From the NCBI GenBank assembly GCA_964016885.1, contig OZ024740.1:180730001-180794000 (forward strand): 64,000 nucleotides of DNA. The letters run 5' to 3'. Made by a program: the position numbers and the translations under genes. Below the pieces are notes generated by a model. That model saw only the letters and a program-made list of their open reading frames with translations, had not been told where the DNA came from and made no database searches. Below, in pieces: positions 53,942 to 64,000 of the stretch. The first letter of the stretch is position 1; each line of letters opens with the position of its first letter. Source of the DNA: Eledone cirrhosa (Eukaryota).

Positions 53942-54611
53942 ATAGAGGTGTAACACACAAGTTATTATATATTGGTAAACGGAATAGAAAATGCTGACAA
54001 ATTGTTCACAGTGAAAAATAGTTTAATTAGGAATAAGTGAGAATTAGTAATTGTATTGGTTAGTATTCAGTTTTGGTTTTAAGTTTTACCGGTTGCGCAT
54101 TTCTGATGCTTTTCAAAAATAATTTTGAGATAGAGCGTCCGTGATTTTTGCTCTGATCTGATTAGTTTTGGGAATTCTACCTGTTTTTATGTTAAAAATG
54201 TGGCACCAGCGGTATTAAAATAAGTTTTGCGCCAATTCGTGTTGCAAAAATTATTGTGGTCAAAACAATTTTGATTGGTCGGTAGAGGTCATGTGAATGT
54301 AAAAAATTGATTTTGCGCCAAATGTAGGTTTGTGTCGGCTGACTGAGAAATGACTCTTTCACAACAAATATGTGTGTGTGTGTGTGTGTAGTGGTAGTAG
54401 TAAAGTGTTCGTTGTTGTGATAATGGCCAGCAGGGATGTGTGTACGAACCGCAGCCTGTTGACAGTTCAAATGCCTATTAAGACAAGTGTGTGTGTGTGT
54501 GTAGCAAAGTATTTCGTGGTAGAGGGATGGTCAGTAGGAATGTGTTTGTAAGTGAGTGGGGGATATTTTAACATGTTAAAAGATATTTTTCAGCTCTTGT
54601 CTTATACGGAG

Positions 54612-54693
<82 letters not shown>

Positions 54694-55718
54694 CTCTTTG
54701 TATGTTAATATACGCGTGTGTATGTGTGTGTGTATATATGTGTGCGTGTGTGTGTGTGTGGGTGGGTGGACCAGTATTTTTTTCCTGGTAAAATGTTGTA
54801 CATTATTCGATATTTTCAGTAAAATCGATTCTCATAATAGAACATCAAAAACCTTAATGATATATAGTATTGGCATAATACCAAGGTATGTGTGAGTGTG
54901 TGTGTGTGTGTCCAGATTGTACGTACTGAAAGGGGGATCCCTTAGGCCTTGCCGTATTGGAATACCTGTGCACAAATATGTATATGCAGTGTGTTCAGAA
55001 AGTGTATAACTGTGCACAAATTGTATACTTGTGCGCAAATTGTACACATGTATCTGGAGTGTGTCCAGAAATTGTATACCTGTGCACAAATTGTACACTT
55101 GTGCACAAATTGTACACATGTATCTGGAGTGTGTCCAGAAATTGTATACCTGTGTATAAATATGTATCTGGATATTATTTGTACATATTTGTACACAGGT
55201 ATACAATTTCTGGACACACTCCAGATACATGTGTACAATTTGTGCACAAGTGTACAATATGTTTACAGGTATAAAATTTCTGGACACACTCCAGATACAT
55301 ATTTGTGCCCAGGTATTCCAATACGGCAAGGCCTTACAATCTGGACACACTCCAGATACATATTTGTGCACAGGTATACAATTTCTGGACACACTGCAGA
55401 TACATATTTGTGCACAGGTATTCGAATACGGCAAGGCCTAAGGGATCCCCTTTCAGTACGTACAATCTGGACACACACACACACTCACATATACCTTGGT
55501 ATTATGCCAATACTATATATCATTTCACACCTTTTATTATTAAGGTTTTTGATGTTCTAATATGAGAATCGATTTTACTGAAAATATCGAATAATGTACA
55601 CCATTTTACCAGGAAAAAAAATACTGGTCCACCCACCCACACACACACACACATTCTCACACACACACACATATATATACACACACACATGCACACGCGT
55701 ACATTAACATACAAAGAG

Positions 55719-55783
<65 letters not shown>

Positions 55784-56021
55784 CACACACTTCTCCGTAT
55801 AAGACAAGAGCTGAAAAATATGTTTTAACATGTTAAAATATCCCTCACTCACTTACAGACACATTCCTACTGACCATTCCTCTACCACGAATTACTCTGC
55901 TACACACACACACACACACACACGTGTCTTAATAGGCATTTGAACTGTCAACAGGCTGCGGTTCGCACACACATCCCTGCTGACGATTATCACAACAACG
56001 AACACTTTACTGCTACTACTA

Positions 56022-56081
<60 letters not shown>

Positions 56082-56477
56082 TTGTTGTGAAAGTGTCATT
56101 TCTCAGTCAGCCGACACAAACCTACATTTGGCGTAAAATCAATTTTTTACATTCACATGACCTCTACCGACCAATCAAAATTGTTTTGACCACAATAATT
56201 TTTGCAACACGAATTGGCGCAAAACTTATTTTAATACCGCTGGAGCCACATTTTTAACATAAAAACAGGTAGAATTCCCAAAACTAATCAGATCAGAGCA
56301 AACATCACGGACGCTCTATTTCAAAATTACTTTTGAAAAGCATTAGAAATGCGCAACCGGTAAAACTTAAAACCAAAACTGAATACTAACCAATACAATT
56401 ACTAATTCTCACTTATTCCTAATTAAACTATTTTTCACTGTGAACAATTTGTCAGCATTTTCTATTCCGTTTACCTA
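53935..56477. mobile_element. 2.5-kb fold-back element built from two inverted 3' UTRs of the Neptune-like PLE, non-coding
   Basis: 53970-54975 mirrors 55405-56475; both arms match 45000-46030; the centre (54950-55440) is a mosaic of short repeats; (TA)n at both ends. Confidence 0.9.
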
Positions 56478-57598
56478 TATATATATATATATATGAGGAG
56501 GTGGTGGTGGTGGTGGTGAGCGATGGTTGATGTGAGTTGCTGGGTGTGGTGTTTCAGCTTGTCATAGACATTTCGGCGTGTACGTGATGAGGCGGATGTG
56601 CTGAGTGTTGTGTGGATGTGGTAGGGGTTGCCTGATGGGACATGAAATAGTGCGTTGTTGTACTAGGTGTAGGGTGTTTTCTGCTGGTCATCAATATTTC
56701 ACGAAAGAGTGAGATCAAAGGAATGAGGAGAGACATAAGGGAGGTAGCGTATAAGGGTTGGGTTGTGGCTTATATGTAATCTGTTTAGACATCGTTAATT
56801 GGGATTTTCACTATAATGAATTAATGAAGTGATGACAATGGTATCATGTTAGTGTTTGAAAAAACTATAAAAAATATAAAAAAAGATTATTGAAAAAAAA
56901 AATTGGAAAAGTTGCTAAAGCATTGTGGGTAGAGGCAAGAAACCTGTGCAGTGCGTATGGTTTGAAAATAATATAAAAAGGAAAATAAATATACATGTGT
57001 ACAAACGCACCCAGAGACATACGTGTATGAATGCACATCCACACATGCATCAATATAAATATATATACAGTCATGCATCATCCCACAAAGGCAAACGTGG
57101 AAGATACAAGGAGCCATACGCGCATACATATCTAAATGCGTCTGCTCTTAGAAGGGCATATGGTATGACCATATTGCTCATCCTGCACTGCACCACTTGC
57201 ACAACGAGCTCCCATATATACGAATTATAGGTATTTTCAGACATAGTGTCCCATGCTCACATCGTACATATGTCTGCTTCCCTGCATATGTACATGCTAA
57301 CGAAATATGTGTGCTCATAGCCCGGGTGTCCATACTACTTTATGGCTTAACAAATCGTACTTGAATTATTATATTACACTGTGCGTAGCTGTACACCTCT
57401 GAACCTACAGTAACTTCACGTTACACTCTCCTTATATATATCGAACGCTACGTAAACTCGTACTTTCCAGTTGCTAATACTATCTATCAGTCGCAACTTC
57501 AGGTAAAAGCAACAACGTTAAATATAATGTCTTTCTCAAGGACATAACGCATGGCCAGGTTGTGAATCCAATTATCTAACCACTCAGCCACACTCCTT

Positions 57599-57725
<127 letters not shown>

Positions 57726-57749
57726 CATACATACATAACTACATACATA

Positions 57750-60700
57750 CCATCAGTCAATGCGATCAGTCGCATATTTTGGCGTGGGATACTATTTATT
57801 AAATTTAAGATGAATATTATCCCCGACAGTAATGTAACAACTACAGCCAGGTTGAATAACTGGTTATTCTTCTAACTATCCCTTCCGAAGACACCTTTTA
57901 TTTGAATTCGTAGAGATATCAGACTAAATACATAAGTTATTTTACAAGGATTTGCTACAAACACCATGGCTGAACACAACATCAACAAGAAAATTAAGGA
58001 AGTATCGAAGACAAATAACAAAGAAGGTAATCAAACTTTATTCAGTTGTAGCTACAGAAGAAACCGAAATTATAAATCGCATTTCTCTTGGAGTTGCGAA
58101 CTTAATAATGATTTATTTAATTGTTATAAAATGGCAAAAAACAATCCCTCCACTGGCTATATGAATAGAATGAAGCTACACTGGGCCGAAATGTCGCCAG
58201 AGCTAAATTATTTCACAGCGAAACAATTACGCCAACAAGCGACGTTTGTTGAACGTAAAAATAAGATAAATATTATTAATTGTAAGTCCCCCACAACAAA
58301 CATGGAATCAACAACACGTGCTACAGATCGCCCTGCTACTAGACCTCCTAGCAGCCAGGTCGAACAGCGCCTTGAAACAATTATGCCTGTACCATCTAAG
58401 TCTACCTCGAATGCTGGGGAAAACACTATCGATAATAATAATAATCGAATAAATAATAATAATTGTTTCTACTTTAGGCACAAGGCCAGCAATTACCCAG
58501 TGCATTACTGGTACTTTATTTTATCGACCCCTTAAGGATGAAAGGCAAAGTCAACCTCGGCGGGATTTGAATTCAGATCGTAAAGGGACGTAACTATGCT
58601 GGAAAGCATGGCGTCCGACCCTCTACCGATACTGCCAATCCATAATCGAATAAATGTGACACCACGTATACCATCCGAGTCTACCTCGACTGTTGTGGAA
58701 AATACTATCGATAATGATAATCAAAAGTATAAACAATTGAAAATTTCCCTCAACGAAATCTTCCAGAGAGAAATTAACTCATGTATAAATATCTCTCTGG
58801 CTGAACGTGTTAAAATGACGATGGTGAATAAAAAACCAAATAATGAAATACTATGTGTTATTGACGAAATAGGGGATGAATATTTAGGACGGATAAAAAC
58901 CCCAACATTTTGGCAAATCAACGCCTGTTTATATGCCTTAGCAATGACAGTGAAGCATTATCTTGGTGATAGCAGAGATATTAAAACAGCACCAAAAATA
59001 CTATCATATATAACAGCACCAAAAATACCATCATATATAACTAAAATAGAAAAAAAGAGTGCTGACCTACGAAAAAACATAGGACATGTGATAATGCTCC
59101 TTACATGCAAACAAACACAAACAAACCTCACTCCTCACCAACAAAAAGTGAAAAATAACATAGAGACGATGTTTGGTAACAGTAGAACCAGAACTCTCCA
59201 ATATAAGCTGATCATCCTCAAACAAAAATTGAGAGCTGTTAGCGAAAAACGCCGATACCTGAAGAAGGTAGATGAGAGAAAAATGTTTAATAAAAGATTC
59301 AGACGAAACCAAACATCAGTCTATAGAGATATGAAGGGCAAAATAATAATTGTCACTGAGGCCCCATCCCAGAAAGACATAGATTCCTTTTGCAGAAAAA
59401 TATGGGGTGAAAAGAAGAATTTCAACCAAGATGCAGTGTGGCTAAGAGAAATCCGAAAGAACTATTGCTCCTACACTACAACAAAAACATACGAAATAAG
59501 TGAGGGTACCCTTGAGACTGTGATAGGAAAACTCCAAGATAAGAAAACACCAGGAAGAGACATGATTGTCGGCTACTGGTACAAAAAACTAATATTCTAT
59601 CGGAGGTATCTTACTGACCTCTACCAAGAAGTTCTTAAGGGAGATACACTTATACCAGAATGGTTGACATTAGCACAGCGGTACTGGTCCCCAAGAACAA
59701 AGACACCCACTTGGCAAAAAACTACCGACCCATTGCATGCCAGAACCTGATGTATAAGAAATATACAGCCTGCCTCAACCTATTCCTCCAAGATCACAGT
59801 GAAAATAATAAGATCATCACAGATGAACAAGCAGCTGGAAAGAAAAGGGTTTGGGGATGTGCTGAACAACTCTTAATCAACAAAACTGCGATGTCGGAGG
59901 TGCGACAACTTAGGAGGAATATGACTACAGTCTGGCTGGACTACAAGAAAGCTTTCGATTCTGTTCCCCACTCTTGTATGATAGAGGCCCTCCAACTTGC
60001 TAAAGTCCCAGACATTATTGTCAGAGCCATAGAGAGGCTGTCTTCTTCTTGGGCTATTATCCTAAGGTTAAAGACAGAGAAGGAGGACTCTATTTTCACT
60101 GATAAAATAAAATATTGCAGCGGTATATTTCAGGGGGGAAGTCTCTCTGTGATATTGTTCATCTTGTCATTAAACCCCGTGTCCTTTCTGCTCAAGAAAT
60201 GTGAGGATACATCATTGGCTCACAGGAGGACAGAAATACGAACCTAACCCATAACTTCTTTGTGGACGATCTGAAACTGTATGCCAAGAACATGGATGGG
60301 ATGAAGAAAAATCTTGACCTGGTTACAACGTTCTCAAAGGATATAGGAATGGAGTTTGGCCAAGATAAATGCTCATACATGACTGTAAAGCGGGGAAAAA
60401 CAACAACCCAATCTAGCAACATTGTCATAAATGGTCTAACTGTTTCACCGATATCTGATGAGGACTGCTACAGATACCTGGGGATAGATGAGAACATATC
60501 CTATAATGGTATCTGCAATAAAGAACGCGTAACCAGGGAATACTACACCCGATTAAGAAAGATCAGGTCATCGGAACTCTCTGCGCAAGACAAAACAGTG
60601 GCTCACAATGTGTTTGCTGTGCCTGTCCTAACACGAAAGTTTGGAATACTCAATTGGACGATAGACGAAATCCGAGCAGTTGATGTTGAACTCGAAAAAT

Positions 60701-62061
60701 ACTGAACAACACCGGAAACTTCCACATCAACAGTGACATAGACTGCCTTTACTTGAAACGTAAGCAGGGAGGCAGAGGCCTAACATCAGTCCAGACAGCA
60801 TTTGAATGTCGCATCATATCTCTCCTACAACATCTACGAACCTCGAAGCGTAGGAACCCGCTTCTCGAGCAAGTCTATCTGCATGAAACAGATAAGATCA
60901 TGAGAGTTGGGAAGGAACTCCTTGAGAGATATTCCCTGTGTGATAATCAAAAACTCACACCCAGGGATGTCTCTCAGCAGTATCGCAGTGAATCCATGGA
61001 TGAAAAACTGCATGCCTATCAGCAAAAAATCATGCATGGATATGTTGCCAGGAAGCTCCAGAGTGAGAGTAATATAGATAAGGAAAGTAGTATATCTTGG
61101 ACCAACAACCGCTATATTGGCTCCCACTTTGAAGGATACGCTTTTGCAATCCAAGAACAGGAGATTAGCACGAAATACCTGATTCACAAAAGAGATAGGG
61201 ATGCAGGCAAAACACCTAGATGTAATAACAAGTGCAGACTCTGCAGAACTAACATCGAGGATATCACCCATGTCATCAGCAGCTGCCCAAAGATGTCATC
61301 GCGGTTCTATCTACCTATGTGGAATGATGTAGTGGCCAAAACACTGTACAATGCAGTTCGTAAAAAAGATAGCCCCGGTAATAAACACATTAAAATCTAC
61401 AATAATGTGTAAGACATCCATGTACATATTATGAAAGAGTAGTGGTGGAATGTTCCAGTAAAAACCCCAATAAGATGCAAGCATAACAGACCAGATATTA
61501 TGATATGGGACAGGGAGAAGAAAATATGCACAGTAGTGGAAATTAGCTGCCCAGCAGATGCCAATATAATATCAAAGATTAGTGAAAAGGAGAATATTTA
61601 TGCAGAACTGATGATAAATCTGCAGATACTCCACCCTGATTACACCTTCAGATTTATGCCTGTGATTATTGGGGCACTGGGATATGTTAGTAACTGCCTC
61701 AATACAAATCTTGAGAAGCTCGGCTTCACAGGAACAGAATGAACACAACTAGTTAGGAAATTACAAGTGCAATTCATTAATGGAACAGTAAAAGTATGTA
61801 AAACATTCCAAAAATGTTGAATCTAATAACTGCATATACATATGTACAGATACAAAGCATATACACATGCACACATACAACTCAAAACATACACATCCAC
61901 ACATACAATAACATCCATATCTACACATGCATGCATGCAGACATACATACATATCTACCTAATTGATGTTGTGTAAATTCCAATGAGAGAGTCTTGTGTC
62001 TATGTTAGAAACCGACTCTCTCTCTATTGGTAAAACTTAGTGAAATTATAAAACCAGAAGA
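57750..62061 (+). mobile_element. R4/Dong-like non-LTR retrotransposon (single ORF, RT + CCHC + restriction-like endonuclease), near full length, inactivated
   Basis: KTPGRD, NYRPIAC.NLMYK, WLDYKKAFDSVPH, GIFQGGSLS, FVDDLKLY, YRYLG, RKQGGRGL, CRLC...HVISSC, KHNRPDIMIWD, VEISCP, KENIY; frameshifts and stops; flanked by (TACA)n at 57719-57750 and 62062-62133. Confidence 0.92.
58455..58641 (-). mobile_element. tRNA-derived SINE inserted in the LINE ORF, with 14-bp TSD
   Basis: TSD ATAATCGAATAAAT at 58441-58454 and 58642-58655. Confidence 0.93.
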
Positions 62062-62169
62062 ACATACATACATACATACATACATACATACATACATACA
62101 TACATACATACATACATACATACATACATACATCTGCGTTCTCTAACTAAATCCACTATCTTACTTACT

Positions 62170-62990
62170 TACTCAGGAAACAAGGTCGACAAAGAAGTGG
62201 GTCCAGAAGTATCTCCCATCTTTTCTTTGTTGATGACCTGAAGTTGTACGGGCCAAATACCAATGACATCAAGAAACAATTGGACCTCATTACACAATTT
62301 TCAACATACATCAAAATAAAATTTGGTGAGTCCAAGTGTGCATAGTTGGCAGTAAAACGTGGAAGAGCTGTGCCCTCCTCTAGAAATCTAGAGATGAACG
62401 GCCTGACAATTCAACCTCTACAGTCATGTGACAACTAGAGATATCTTGGACAGGATGAGAATGTCAGACTTGATGGACCCATAAATAAGGAGAGAACCAG
62501 AACTGAATACCTCAGAAGAGTAAAGAAAATATGGTCATCAGAACTGTCAGCGTACAACAAATACATTGCGGATAATACTTATGCTGTGCCAATTCTAACG
62601 CCAACATTTAGCCTGCTGAACAGGTCATTGCAAGAACTAAGTGAGATGGATGTTAGGACTCGCAAACTTCCCAGTGTTACTGGGAATTTTAACATCAATT
62701 GTGATGCGGATAGGCTATACTTCTCACGCAAGGAAGGTGGCTGGGGTCTAAAATCCATATTAACAATATATGGGACCCGGATAGTAACACAGAAGCAACA
62801 CCTGCAACAGAGGAAAAGGGTTGGCAACCATCTTGCCCAGGTTTATGAGCATGAGAATAATATATCATTAGAATAGCGACTGATCTGGAGGAGAGATATG
62901 GAATGAAGCCTGATATAAATCTTTCACCTATAGAAATCGGAAGATCCTATTCAATGTTCAAACAATATGAAAAAATTGACCAATTTACAG
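62170..62990 (+). pseudogene. Second, diverged R4/Dong-like RT fragment
   Basis: ISHLFFVDDLKLYG...KFGESKCA, RYLGQDE, KKIWSSELSAYNK, DRLYFSRKEGGWGL; paralogous to 60240-60900. Confidence 0.85.
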
Positions 62991-63323
62991 AAAATGCATG
63001 TGCGCCCAGCATATATATGTATATCGATCTGTGGAAACCGTTCGGATAATCAACAGCAAATGCATGAAGGACATCTCGATTGCATCGAGAACAGTAGAAA
63101 TAATTATTATGATTAAACGATATATGTAACCTCACCATCTTATTTTATTATTTTTATAAAAATCTCCATCGTAACTAAAACAACGATTGTTGAGAGCTTT
63201 CTCCTCTTTACTCCTGTTTTTACCAAAACAATCTTTTTCGAATATATATATATATATATATATAAGAATGGGTGCTCTGAAAAAGGGATGAATATATATG
63301 TATAGTATATTTGTCAATATACT

Positions 63324-63758
63324 GTATGCTTAATTAAAAACATTTTGAAGACATTGCGCTATTATCTTGTAGTGACTATGTCACTTCATTTTTCAACAAT
63401 CAAAGGGAGATAAGCTGACAGATCTGTTTCATACTGTTGGTAATAATCAGAGTTTAGCACTCGCCGATGCCTGTTGAAAATTATAGATGTTGGATTCTTA
63501 TAGAATTCCAGTAATAATCAGGAACAGAGCACCAATTCTAATTTTTAATTTTTGCTGGACCGGCAATCGCTCTGTATAATCATTCCCTGATTATTACTGG
63601 AATTATATAAGAATCCAACATCTATAATTTTAAACAGGCATCGGCCAGTGCTAAGCTCTGACGATTACCAACAGTATGAAACAGATCTATCAGCTTACCT
63701 CCCTTTGTTTGTTGATATAATAGCGCAAGGTCTTCAAAATGTTTTTAATTAAGCATAC
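63324..63758. repeat. Diverged fold-back/MITE-like inverted repeat
   Basis: GTATGCTTAATTAAAAACATTTTGAAGAC is mirrored at 63730-63758; arms of about 170-200 bp with substitutions and one indel; spacer about 60 bp. Confidence 0.85.
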
Positions 63759-63813
63759 ATTATATTGCCAAATATACTATGTATGTATGTATATATATAT
63801 GTATGCATGTATG

Positions 63814-63925
<112 letters not shown>

Positions 63926-64000
63926 TACATATATATATATATACATTTATATATATACATATATACATATGTATACATATATATATATATATATACATAT

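Overview
This is AT-rich eukaryotic non-genic DNA. I found no host exon I can support, and most listed ORFs are artefacts of (TA)n/(CA)n/(TACA)n microsatellites. The tRNA-derived SINE family and the repeat landscape suggest an octopod cephalopod (inference). The window is a graveyard of retroelements: several Penelope-like elements (PLEs; RT + GIY-YIG), an R4/Dong-like RT-REL LINE sitting in (TACA)n, RTE and L1/Tx1 relics, nine SINE copies, hAT and Helentron/DINE-like non-autonomous elements, and many fold-back palindromes. The main result is two distinct but structurally homologous tandem arrays: a 466-bp unit at 9.7-11.7 kb and a 479-bp unit at 32.7-38.3 kb. Each full unit carries a type I hammerhead ribozyme with a palindromic stem III (ACTAGT) and a shared upstream ATGCAAAT-containing hairpin, and the stems covary between the two families. 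These look like non-LTR retrozymes (templates for circular RNA). They share the architecture of the PLEs here (inverted 5' segment, ends in (TA)n), which suggests mobilisation by PLE machinery. Two PLE pLTRs carry minimal hammerheads too. All folds were paired by eye; no computation or database search was run.
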